From Hormiphora californensis (lineage: Eukaryota; Animalia; Ctenophora), in NCBI GenBank assembly GCA_020137815.1, contig CM035357.1:1984001-2048000 (forward strand): a stretch of 64,000 bases of DNA, written 5' to 3'. The position numbers and the translations under genes are program-made. The notes under the pieces were generated by a model, which did not search any database, was not told where the DNA came from, and saw only the letters and a list, made by a program, of their open reading frames with translations. Below, piece after piece: positions 39,001 through 51,248 of this stretch. Position 1 is the stretch's first letter; each line of letters starts with the position of its first letter.

Positions 39001-41350
39001 CCTCTGAACAAAAACTAGACTTTTTTCAATTACGAGTCAATAAACTATATACTGTCTCCAGTTAGCCATTTGTTCAATGCTATCCGGATCCCATCTCCAG
39101 ATTGAATCAAATACCTAGATCTGTGGAGATGGGATCCGGATAGTAATGGAAAAATGGCTAACTGGAGACGGAATGTCTTAAAAGAAAAGAGATAGATGGA
39201 TAGAGAGATAGACGGACCGAGAGAGAGGGAGATAGAGACAAAAAAGAGAGATAGAGAGAGTAAGGGGAAAGACGGATAGAACATGGGGAGGAGGGAAAGT
39301 CTCCCAATTAGAATGTTCCCAGTATATGAGAGGAAGAGAACATCGCGTCCTGTATGTGTGAGAGAGAGAGAGAGAGAGAGAGGAGAAGAGATGGGAGAGA
39401 GAGAGAGAGAGAGGAAGAGAGAGGAGAGAGAGAGATAGAGGAGAGGCGGAGAGAGAGAGCGCGGATAGAGAGAGAGAGAGAAGAGATAAGGCGAGAGAGA
39501 GAAGAGATGAGAGAGCTCGACGAGATTCTCTTAGCTTTCTCTCTCTCCCCCCTAGAGAGAAAACTGAGAGAGAATCACGGATAACCAATTCACGGATAAC
39601 AGTGCGCATTGTGGGAATAAAACACTAGTGAATACACACAATACTACTAGTAAAGAAAGTAGAAAATGTGATGTATACAAGCCTAATATCCAATATAATG
39701 GCTTCAAAGCAGTTTGTTTCATGTTTTTGAAATCAGCACAAAAGTCAAAAAATGCTGTGTGTAAAAATTTCCGACTGAGAAAAAAGTCCGCCTGGCAATT
39801 GATATGAGGCTGCATGAGGAATCGAGAAGAAATTCAAGGCTACAACTTTCAAATAAAACTGCCCCCCTCTCGTATAATACTTTTACAAAATAGCCCCCCC
39901 CCCCTGGTGTATTATTATAATGTTGTACATCGTTTTGACACTCACTTATTAACTCGGACTCTAACTAACCCGGCACATGGCAGCAGCAATAGGGTGGGGC
40001 ACAAAAAGTGAACGTATAATTAGTGGTCAAATATTTTACTGCACTGTTGTAGTAGTATTTTAACCATGAACTTTGGCCAGTTTCACGTTGAACTAACAGG
40101 GTTACAAACTAGAACGACCAGTTTTTGCAGATCTAAATCTTGCCTTGTTCGACCCTCTCTCCCCGCGTTTGAACAAAACAAGTGAGTCCTTGATTATGAG
40201 CATCTGACAAAGAAATTCGCCAATTAGTGGGAACAATAGATAATACGCTATACGCTACACATATCGCAAATATGCTGCAACTTCAAAATCAACTGCAATG
40301 GCCTCAATAATGCCAAGAAATTGTTCAGGTTTCAAAACATATTTAATTTTATTTGAAGATAGCAAATCATTGTTTTGTCGAACAAGGCAAGCAAATCACA
40401 TAACCATAACATAATCAAGAAGAAAATTACAAAACAATAACAAGAAAATGTGAAGCTGAAGATTGAAGAAGTTCCAAATAACAATGTCCTACAATAAAAG
40501 AAATTACATTTTACTAGAAACCTACGAATCCAGCTATGCACAGGAGAGAGAGGAAATATTATAATGATACAGCACACACTCGACTACCCTATATATGTTT
40601 GTTGTGTCAAGCCACCGTGTCAACAACTATATAATACTACAAGTTCTACCCCACGATACTTCAAAGAAGCTTGAAAATGCAGACTGTAGAACTAGAACAT
40701 GAAGTACAGACAATGGAAATACACATGTTGTCTTGGAACATATTGAAAAAGTTTTGAGACACGTCATAGTCTTTATTCGTTTGAATTTCAAACAAATTGA
40801 AAGAGATTTATAGTTTAGCAGAACAAACATGTTCAAGCAAATTGTCAAAGACGTTTCATGTGTTTATCACCTGCTTCTTTCTCTATTTCCACAGATTTTC
40901 TCTCTAGCTCTATCACTTCTGTTTTTATCACTTCGCTATCCTTCTCTCTCTATCTATCTCTCTTTATCTATCTCTCTATCTATCACTCTCTCTATCTTTA
41001 TCTATCTCTCTAAGTCTCTAACATTTTATTCCTGAAATTTATATACACAACACCTGTATCACTCACCATATTTTCACACCTTCCTAATATCCATTTATAC
41101 TACCTAGCCACTGTATGGTATCATAGTAATTCATTGGTCGCTATCATGGCAACCAAATTCTTTACTATGGTAACTAACCACCAAACTGTATTGGTTACGA
41201 AATTACCACTGTATAATTATAAGGAGCTCGCGATGAGGGGAAATTTCGATACCAACTCACATAACTAACTCACTTAACTAACTCACTTACAAATGTTAGC
41301 ACGGGGAGGTCTAAAAAAAAACTAACTCACTTAACTAACTTGAATTTTAT

Positions 41351-41471
41351 GAAATTTCCCACGGTCATAGCTCCACCCCCTGATGAGATAGAGACTTGAA
41401 TTTTTTGTAGGAAGATCATGTCGAGATGTTTCTATCTCACCAAGGGGTAGAGCTATGACCGTGGGAAATTT
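41351..41471. mobile_element. Imperfect palindrome / MITE core
   Basis: aaatttcccacggtcatagctc...gagctatgaccgtgggaaattt. Confidence 0.65.
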
Positions 41472-43023
41472 CGCAAAACCAGTGATGGTATTTTTATAAA
41501 ACTATAGTTTGGGTTTTACTTTACTTGATTCGGGGCCGGGGTGGGGAAAGGGGTTTGCTCGGTAAGCGGTAAAAAGCGGTTCCCGGTATAACTATATCGG
41601 GGTGAAATCCTGCAAATTTTCTATAATTGGCCATTTGGGGAATTTATCCATCCGGTAAACAGGGTTTCCGGTGAATCGGGGAACAGTAAATGGGATCCGA
41701 CTGTAGGTACTCCAAATTAACAGACTACCCCCTCATGGCTCATCTCTCTTTTCCTCTCTCTCCATATTTCCGATCCTACCTTCGATCCTACCTTCGAGAA
41801 CAATCTTCCGAAATCCGAATTGAACTCCTACCCATAATAATTGTGGTGTATCTGGGACGTCTCTCCGTTCGGCCAGTCTGTCCATTCGGCCCGCTCTCGC
41901 TCGCCCTTCGTGCTCGAAGGCCCGGCGTGAGACAGTAGGAACTCTCGCTACATACTTATTACTTGACAATGACATGTTCTAGGAATCCTAGTATTTGTGG
42001 ACCGCCCTAGGGCGACACAAGTACTCGAACAAAATGACCTCGAATCATGGCCTCTTTGCTACTGCAGGATTAAGTCGTTTGACACTGTTTCCGTGTATGA
42101 ATAATTCAACTACAGGATCGTCGATCGAAGTTTGCAATTCAAATTTATTTCGAGGTCGCGCTCAATATTTTTGACCACTTTGCGTAACGCGCGAGACCAA
42201 TCACACAGAGTTGATACGCGCAAATACAACAGTGCGCACAAAAAAGGATTGCGCGGCTTGAGGTCAGCTCAGTCATGTCATTCACGTCGCGACGGAAACA
42301 CTTTTTTGTCGGAAAACGTTAAAATCGGGGTGTTTTGATTGTTAACACTCACGGTTTTTTAGGGTTAGGGCTAAAGTAGGGCTAGGGTTAGAGCTGCGTT
42401 GGGGTTAGGGCTTGATATTTTTTATCAGATAAACTTTGGGATTAGCCAAAAGGGTTGAGTGGTTTTGGTGGTTAGAGCCATTTTAGTACAGGGTACTTTT
42501 TGGCAGTGCACTAATCGTGAACCATAATACAGTTCAAGAGCCTCCAAGAGCGGAACCTATCCAAAAGATACCAAATCCAAGAGATCTCCCCATCCAGAAG
42601 ATAACACACGCAGGGGATACCACACGCAGAAGATGTCTCATGTCCCCGGCGTCGTATTTTTGTGGGTGACCTCTTCTGCATGTGGTATCTCTTGTGCACG
42701 GTATCTTCTGGATGGGGAGCTCTCCTGGTCGTCGTGCGCTCTTGGATCTGGTGCGCTCTTGGAGGCTCGTGAACTTTATTATGGTTCACTATAATCAGCA
42801 GGCCTATAAACACCAAGATCGTAACGGCGCCCGTTATTGTCCCAAAATGGAACCAACGGGTTCGCGATTCGCTGAGAGTACTGAGAATTTAAACACCCAG
42901 ATCGTAACAGCGGCCACCTCATTCGCCTTTACACTACCAGAGGACGTGTGGATTAATCTTACCCTAATGTTTGGCTAATATATATTTACAAAATTACTAT
43001 TCAAACCCCCACTTGCCGGTAGG

Positions 43024-46000
43024 ATGATGCGGGTATCCTCATGGGTGTTGTTCCTCTACCTAGTCATTTCCTCCCAATCTGTCCTTGAAACTGCCCTGAG
43101 CTTCCATGTCCCCGCCCGGAAGGAGCAGTGCTTTTACGAGGATGTGAAAAAGGGAGATGAGGTTGAAATAGATTTCCAGGTAATACAAAAAATAGTAGGC
43201 CGATTTGATCAGTAATGCCCCACACACACACACACACTCACATCACGGTGTACCCCGGACGTAATAAAATTCACCATGTATGACCTGAAAAAGCAGCCCT
43301 TCAAACTTATCAGCCCCGTGTTATTAATGCAGTTTTTGAAATAGTGTTCTGTTTTTGAAATAGTGTTCTAACAAAACAGGTCCCTCATGTTTCTACGGTG
43401 TCTCTTGTTTTGGTAATTATTTAATTAATCAATTATCTAATTTTTTTTCTCAGGTGATAGATGGGGGAGATTTGGATATTGATTTTTCTGCCTATGACGG
43501 TGATTTGAAACGCATTGCAATCAACCGACGAGAGCAGTACGGGTCACACCGATTTGAAGTGGCGAAAGATGGAACTTATAAAGTTTGCTTCAGCAATAAA
43601 TTTAGGTTGGTTTATCAGTAATGTATTAATCATTGGCTAGTTTATTATTCGTATACATAATTATACACCGCCACCTGTATAATTATACATCGCCACCCCC
43701 AAATATCCCCAAATAGAATAATCAACTTTTTCCACCTTTGGTCAATTTCACAACATCTTTCCTCTTAACTTGCTGATACTAGCGCTCCCAACAGCAATGT
43801 ATGATTCAAAACAACCAATCCTTCCCCAGCAAGATGACTAGTAAGACTGTGTTTATGGATGTGTATGTGGATAATGGCGTGTACGAAGAGGACAAAACAG
43901 CTGCCCTGGATGCGTCACTTCAAATTGGAATCGGAAATCTAAATGTGAGTAGCAAGTTAGTTAGTAAATCTCAAAATATCCGGCCAATATCTTAGTTAAA
44001 TACTCAATCTGATCTAGCTCCCTCTCAGTTGCCATTACATGTAAGTTCCTAAAAGTAGCGTGGCTACCCCCTCTATTGTGGTAGAGTAAGTTAAAAGTTC
44101 ACAATACAATAACATCTGGAAGTTTAGTATTCACCCGGCCGTGGAAGAGTAATAAGGGGGGGGGGGGTAACAGCCTAACTTTCCTGCCTTGGTAACCTGT
44201 CCCTGAGTTAAACTAGGTCCCTAAATTTAATTAGGTCTCTGAATTTAACCATGCCCTATTAGATTTACCCTTAGTTTTCATAGTTTTATACCTGCGGTAG
44301 AGCCATACACAACCACTTCAGCAATGGTCATGACTAGTTTCTCGTTATTGTTTATGTCACATCCACAAATCACGTTATCTGTTAAAAGTACTGAAGTGGT
44401 CGGTTCTGGGACAGGAGGACAGGATATCGTGTAAGTCTGGGCTTCTACAGAGGAACGGTTCTTGCTGACGGAAGTGATTGTCCCACAAGTCGTGTTGGTT
44501 GATCCGTGAACTAGAGATACGATCGTTCCGTTTAGTCTATCGTTGTATTTCGTATTCAATCTGAATAATAGTACAACGCAGGGTTAAATCTTACAGTCGG
44601 ATAGAAGGTGCGGAAGTGTGTGTGCTCAAAGAAAGCATTCCAAGTTCAGTGAATAACTTTGCGGTGGAAGGATGCGTTGCTACCCCACTGCCGTAACAGT
44701 GACCACGCTTTACCCCTGCAAATCTAAGATTTCTAAATCATGATGATCATTTTAGCACACGTGATGAAAATACCATCCGGGGGAAAAAATCACAAACCTG
44801 TTAACAATAACAACTTTGTTGACTTTAAAATGTGAACCAAGCCGCAGTTCCAGCCATTCCGGATCCACATTATCAGAAGAGTGGAAGGTAGTAGTAACAT
44901 TTCCATCAAACGCATTGTATGGTTTATTTTTTGAGAGGTTGCGATAGATGGAACTGGCGGACCCGGACACAATTGGAATCCTGTTGATTTCACACAATAC
45001 TAGCGGAGGTTGGAGGAGGAGGAGGAACACGAAGATGGTACACTTCATAGCTAGTTTAGTAGGGTTCAATTAGTCAACATTGCATGAAAGATCTAACTAT
45101 CGAGCTAGTTATAAATTGTGGATATTCAACTTAAACAGACAAGACATACATGCTAAAATATTGAAGAAATTAAGCTAGGGTTAAACTTAGTCGAGATGGC
45201 TAATGTTATTGATCCGATCAAGGTTTGAGTGTATGAATCTCTCTCTTTCTCTCTATGAGAGATGGTGTTTTATACACGCAAAGGTACAAGCTCAAAAAAA
45301 AGGCCCCCCCTAGACCACCATAGTTGCCGATGTGGTGGAGAGCTGTAACTTGGCAGGGTTGCTCCACTATGTCTATCTTGATCCTGACAGAAAAATCAGA
45401 GCTCTAGCTCAAAATTCATTTTCATGAACGGAATGAACTTCTCCGTTCCTTCGATATGAGACCCCCTCATCATTCAGAATTTTTTGCCCGTCTTTGGCTA
45501 ACGATTATCTTTGTAATGAGACCAATTTGAGCATAATCTGATTACCAGGAGAGACACAGTGGAGGGTTTTCCGACCGTCACTCCTGACATGTGATCCAGG
45601 CCCGGTCACGTGGTGAAAAGTGGGTTTGGGGTGCTGTTAACATGTCTCAATAACGGATTATTGCTCTCATATCCCTTGAATATCCCTCCACAATGCTCTC
45701 AAGTCACTTTGTGATGCTGATTGATTGGGTTCATGTCACCAGTTCTTGTCAAAGTTCTCAAGCGGCCCGTGATACGAGATCATTTCATCAAGGAGGGGCC
45801 ATCTTGTGTCACTAATCAGCCTATCATCTCACATTACACTAGCCAAGGGATCTGGGGTATTTAAATCTTCAAATGTTCATCAAAATCATTCCCAATCGTT
45901 ACTTGCAATGCATTTTACACCCGAACAGAGGAACTTCATCTGGCTCAAGAAGGAAACCAACACCCTCTACCCCACCATCGAACAGGAGTTCTTTATCAAG

Positions 46001-48208
46001 TTTGGCCGCCATGCCCCATCCAAGTAACGATTGGGAATGATTTTGATGAACATTTGAAGATTTAAATACCCCAGATCCCTTGGCTAGTGTAATGTGAGAT
46101 GATAGGCTGATTAGTGACACAAGATGGCCCCTCCTTGATGAAATGATCTCGTATCACGGGCCGCTTGAGAACTTTGACAAGAACTGGTGACATGAACCCA
46201 ATCAATCAGCATCACAAAGTGACTTGAGAGCATTGTGGAGGGATATTCAAGGGATATGAGAGCAATAATCCGTTATTGAGACATGTTAACAGCACCCCAA
46301 ACCCACTTTTCACCACGTGACCGGGCCTGGATCACATGTCAGGAGTGACGGTCGGAAAACCCTCCACTGTGTCTCTCCTGGTAATCAGATTATGCTCAAA
46401 TTGGTCTCATTACAAAGATAATCGTTAGCCAAAGACGGGCAAAAAATTCTGAATGATGAGGGGGTCTCATATCGAAGGAACGGAGAAGTTCATTCCGTTC
46501 ATGAAAATGAATTTTGAGCTAGAGCTCTGATTTTTCTGTCAGGATCAAGATAGACATAGTGGAGCAACCCTGCCAAGTTACAGCTCTCCACCACATCGGC
46601 AACTATGGTGGTCTAGGGGGGGCCTTTTTTTGCCGCACACGGTATATGGTACATATATTAGAAACTACGCATTTCGTTACTCTGAAAATCCTCGTATGAT
46701 ATTACATATATATGTACACAATATTGGTCATAACAGCTGACACGGATAAAATGTTAGGAAAAATTATGATATCAAATTTTTACTCTGTAAATGACAAGAT
46801 TACTGTAAATGGCAAGATAAATAAGATAGGGATAAGATCAGTTCATTTCTAGAAATCCCCAAGAAAGTTTCTGGAATTCCCCAAAGAAGTTTCTGGAATT
46901 CCCCCAATCTCTATTCCTCGTCGTCCTCCAAATCAAGACTCTTCTTCATGGCCCACGTGCAGAACTCATCAAACAAAATCTGACCTCCTCCGTTGGTATC
47001 TGAAAGGGGGAATTGTGTGCGTGTACTGTGTCTGAAGAGAGGGGAAGTGACTATCACAGCAATTAACAATTTGTTGCCATGGTAACATAATGCACTCACA
47101 ATGACAATATTATTTCATACAGCAGGTGCCAAAAATAGGGCACAACTTACCAATTGAAGCAAAGGCAGCCTCCATATCATCAATGGACCCAACCCATTTC
47201 TCCATCATGTCCTTAGCAGCCACAAACTCCTCCAAATTGATCCTCCTATCTCCCTCACTATCGATCCTCGCAAAGGCTACAAAATACTCAAAGTACTGCC
47301 GGAGGGAGTGAAGGAAGAAACGGAACTCTCGCTTCTCGATATAGTCGTCTCCGTGCCCGTCAGATCGGCTGGATTTGGTGCAATCCTTCGCAGCCTGGAA
47401 AGCCCTCATGATGGCGGGTTTGCAGTCAAACAGTTCGTCAATGCACAAAACATCTCTCATGGCTTTGTCGACCTCGGCCAAGGACAGGATACCGTTACCT
47501 GTAGATATTACAAAGTTAAGAGAAAGGATGCTTTCATTGCCATGTTGTCATGGTTACGAAGAAAGGGGTCTACAGGATACCGTTACCTATATTGGATAGG
47601 TTAAGTTGGTCAGTTGGGGGAATTGAAAACACAGTGTATTCAGGGTATTGAAAAACAAGGTTTAAAGTTTTGACCGTAAATTGGTCCGAAACATGGTTTT
47701 GTCTGGTAATTACCGTTAGGGTCGAACAAGTCGAACATGGCCATCCTCTCCTGCTTTTTCTCTGGAGTCCTTTCAGAGGGAAGTTTTTCATTGATCTCGG
47801 CCCAGTTTATAGACATGGTGAATCTGCTGAGGAATTAGGTTAGGATGATATACTATAAAAATTAACTTCAATGTTGTATGATTCAACTCAGCGATACAGC
47901 TACTACAACGAAACAAGTCTTGAAATGATAGTATTCCCCCGGAGATTTCTCATTTTTATAGGGACCAGAAGTGCTTGTGAAGTGCATGCAGGATTGTTAA
48001 AAGTTGTCGAGTTACAGCAAGTTAAAAGAGTGGCTTGTATCCCCAGAACTGCAAAAGTGGTTAGAACACAAAGAAGAGCACTCTATGGGCAGATTAATAA
48101 CAAGCAAGAAGTATTAGAAAGGTGGGAGAAATCTGTGAGCATCTCTTTCACTCTATTTCAGTATTTCTCTGTGTATCTCTCTCTCTCTCTCCCTCTCTCC
48201 CTCTCTCT

Positions 48209-48294
<86 letters not shown>

Positions 48295-48303
48295 TCTATC
48301 TCC

Positions 48304-48335
<32 letters not shown>

Positions 48336-49352
48336 CACCCTCAAATTATTTCTCTGTCTCATCTCCAATTTTCTCTCTCTCTCTCACCTGTATCTTGAAC
48401 ATACTAGTAATAATGCATCTCAATGTCCATATCACTGGCACTAAGTAATGTGGTACCCCCGGGCTTCCATTTTGTTCAATATAATTTTATTGAACTTCCT
48501 ATTCTAACTCTTCCCGGCCCTAACTAATTGGCTGGATAGTTGGTTTTGAGTTGAGTTCTAAGAACTTCTGAACTTCTGCTAACGGGTATTTCCATTGGTA
48601 GTAAGATAATTCGGTTACTAAGTCTAAAATGGGTAATTTGTTAAATTTTACCATGCTAAGTGCTAACATGTATTAGGTTGAGAGAAATAACGCTTTTCTT
48701 CACAACTAAAAAGTTTGAGATCCTTGACTGAGCCAATGCACCGCAAAGTAGAGACTAGAGAGTCACGGCACATTATTGAAAGAGGAAGATACTTACTCCC
48801 CCCGCGGAGCCCAGAGATTATGTTTAAAAAATAGTAGTTTCTATATTTAAACTCTCCTTGCAGAATCTGCCACTTCTCTAAAATCCCCCCTCCTTCCTCA
48901 GAAACAAGTGGATGGTATCAAGTCTCAGTTGTTCAAGATCCAGGTCCAGCTGCAGCTAAGCAAGGCACAACGAAACAAGGACCAGAAGATTCAGAACAAC
49001 AATAAAGTACGGGTTGACAGGTGGAGCATGGTTCAGTGTGCATTCATGGTTACCATGGCAACTGTTCAGGTGAGTTTACACACATTTTACAGTAGGATCA
49101 CCACTATATGACAATTGTATTTACACTTTTCTAATTTGAATCCTTGAATCCTAAATCCTTCCAGTGTCGATTAATCTATCCCCTTATAACTAACTAAAAT
49201 TAGTTAGGCGAAGGATATTACTCAGATAAAACTGAACTGAATCCAACCCATGCTACATTTCCCTTTCTTCTAATGTATCCCCTCCCCAGGTGTACTTGCT
49301 GAAACAGCTGTTTAAAGAGGACAAGCAAGCAAAAAGGGCATCCAAGATTTAG
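43024..49352 (+). CDS. TMED/p24 (emp24/gp25L GOLD-domain) cargo receptor, 5 exons, 217 aa
   Basis: Exons 43024-43179, 43454-43605, 43830-43944, 48902-49069 and 49290-49352. Signal peptide, EQCFYE..DFQVIDGGDLDIDF, YKVCFSNKFS, coiled coil, TM and QVYLLKQLF tail. Confidence 0.93.
44278..45048 (-). CDS. Secreted F5/8 type C (fucolectin/discoidin-like) domain protein, 2 exons, 177 aa, nested antisense in TMED intron 3
   Basis: Exons 45048-44798 and 44560-44278 (phase 2). Signal peptide, AFDGN.TT.FHS, EWLELRL, VVIVNR..RLNG, CG and IAEVVVYG. Confidence 0.8.
45295..46631. mobile_element. Foldback element: 611-bp inverted repeats around a 115-bp loop
   Basis: Arms 45295-45905 and 46021-46631. The loop encodes MHFTPEQRNFIW...FGRHAPSK. 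The right end reads TA-CCGTGTGCGGCAAAAAAAGG on the - strand. Confidence 0.9.
46911..47816 (-). CDS. Flagellar calcium-binding protein (calflagin/FCaBP)-like EF-hand protein, 3 exons, 179 aa, nested antisense in TMED intron 3
   Basis: Exons 47816-47714, 47498-47151 and 46999-46911 (phase 1). EF hands FDPNGNGILSLAE, IDSEGDRRINLEE and IDTNGGGQILFDEF; family motif IMRAFQAAK...EFR.FL..LRQYFE. Confidence 0.88.
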
Positions 49353-50293
49353 TATAAACTGCAGCAAGCTCATCTACGTTTTCCTTGCACTCATTAAGCG
49401 CCATCATGAATTCCTTTATTTTTTGTATAAATTGGGAAGAGATCGATATCAATATTATCATTATATCACAATTTTAGAGAGTATCATCGTTTTATCGCCC
49501 ACCACACATTTGTATACACATTTGTATCTATCACCTACTAAGATCTATTATTCAGATGTATAAAAAACTTTAACTGCCGTCTTTAAACTGTTAAACGATA
49601 AAGAGGGAATTGAAAGAAGAAAGCTGTATTTTTCTTATCACATGTATTTTCTTCTTTTTAAATGCTTTGTACAAACAAAAACTTCATTTTTCCTTCTCCC
49701 CAATCCCTTTTCCCTTCTCCCCAGCCCCCTCACGGATCACTCCAGATGTGCTCAGATCGGGGCTGAAGCACCAGACAGCCGACTCCAAACCAAGGACTGT
49801 GCCTAATACAAACATTTACTCGTGTCTCTCTCCACAAAATACATTGAGCTGGTGTGTGAGTGGTTGACCTCAACAAATCCCGATTCAGCAGAAGTCTCAG
49901 CTCTCTGTCTGACGGTTTTGTAACGCGCGAGGACACAAGGTCAGACTGGTACGCGCAGCCGTCCCTTGTCCGTCGCATTTACGTGGCACCGAACCTTTGG
50001 ACCGGGACACGGGACGCTAATTGGGTCCAACCCTCTCCAGTACCGGGAGCCCTACTTACTACTTTTAGACTCAACCGGACTGAACGAACACCCCCGATCT
50101 ATTCAGAATTTCACAATCCACAGGGGGACATTATCCGGTGGGCCGTGAGGGACATTGGACACTGTCTGTGTAGCACTAGCGGGTACATTGATTGCAGCCT
50201 GTAGCCAATCATTACTTGTATGGTATAATACTCGACCCTCTCACAAAAAGGGTTCGAGCATAACAAACCCCAACCCTTCGCCCCGGTAAACCG

Positions 50294-50855
50294 CGGTAAA
50301 TACTCGCACATCCCCCATCAGAATGTCGCTCGGCAATTTCCGCATTGGCTCGGTGATTGGTTCGGTAACAACAGGTGGTTTGCCGAACCAGTGGTTCGGA
50401 GAGTCAAGGAGGTCGCCGAAAACTTACCGCACAAGGCCGCATGGCTCGGCAAACCACCTGTTGTTACCGAACCAATCACCGAGCCAATGCGGAAATTGCC
50501 GAGCGACATTCTGATGGGGGGCCCCCATCAGAATGTCGCTCGGCAATTTCCGCATTGGCTCGGTGATTGGTTCGGTAACAATAGGTGGTTTGCCGAACCA
50601 GTGGTTCGGAGAGTCAAGGAGGTCGCCGAAAACTTACCGCACAAGGCCGCATGGCTCGGCAAACCACCTGTTGTTACCGAACCAATCACCGAGCCAATGC
50701 GGAAATTGCCGAGCGACATTCTGATGGGGGATATCTATTTAGAATTTGCATATTTTGGCCATTGATCTTGACCAATTTGCATGATCTTGGAAAGACTCTT
50801 CCAGAAAGGGCACCGCACAGATATATCCCAAAAATTCGTGTGCGAGTATTTACCG
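50294..50855. mobile_element. Host MITE with 17-bp TIRs, interrupted by the 50312-50730 dimer
   Basis: cggtaaatactcgcaca / tgtgcgagtatttaccg. Confidence 0.7.
50312..50730. mobile_element. Tandem dimer of a 209-bp MITE with ~75-bp TIRs (CCC...GGG termini, AT TSD)
   Basis: Units 50312-50520 and 50522-50730 are separated by one G. I saw one substitution between them; the pair is flanked by AT on both sides. Confidence 0.9.
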
Positions 50856-51129
50856 TTCTTAGTTGACAAAGAAAAACAGCGTAATTTTCATGGTTGCAAA
50901 CAGATCACTATAATTAAACAAGTGGGGATTAGGGGGGTTGGTGCAACGGGACCACGAGGGGTGCAAAACAAAAACAGATGATACAACATATTATGTATAG
51001 AGGGGGGTAATATATAAGCAGTAACACAAACACACACATTCTCACGATTCACCTTTCATAACTCTCTCGGTATCTCTCTCGGTATCTCTCTCTCTCTCTC
51101 TAGGTATCTCTCTCTCTCTCTCTCTCTCA

Positions 51130-51174
<45 letters not shown>

Positions 51175-51248
51175 TTTCTCTCTCACTCTCTCTCAATATA
51201 CATTTTAAAAGGAATAAAACGAGTAAAAACTCTCTCACACACAATCTC

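Noticed and set aside
42359-42410. Interstitial telomere (TTAGGG-like)
   Set aside because: Only a few degenerate units, embedded in a repeat-like segment.
46911-47816. Ca2+-activated photoprotein
   Set aside because: The motif pattern fits calflagin-like proteins; I saw no photoprotein-type signature.
50312-50730. CRISPR-like or regularly spaced repeat array (also 29680-29970 and 20121-20255)
   Set aside because: The intervening segments are identical rather than unique spacers; the context is eukaryotic and there are no cas genes.
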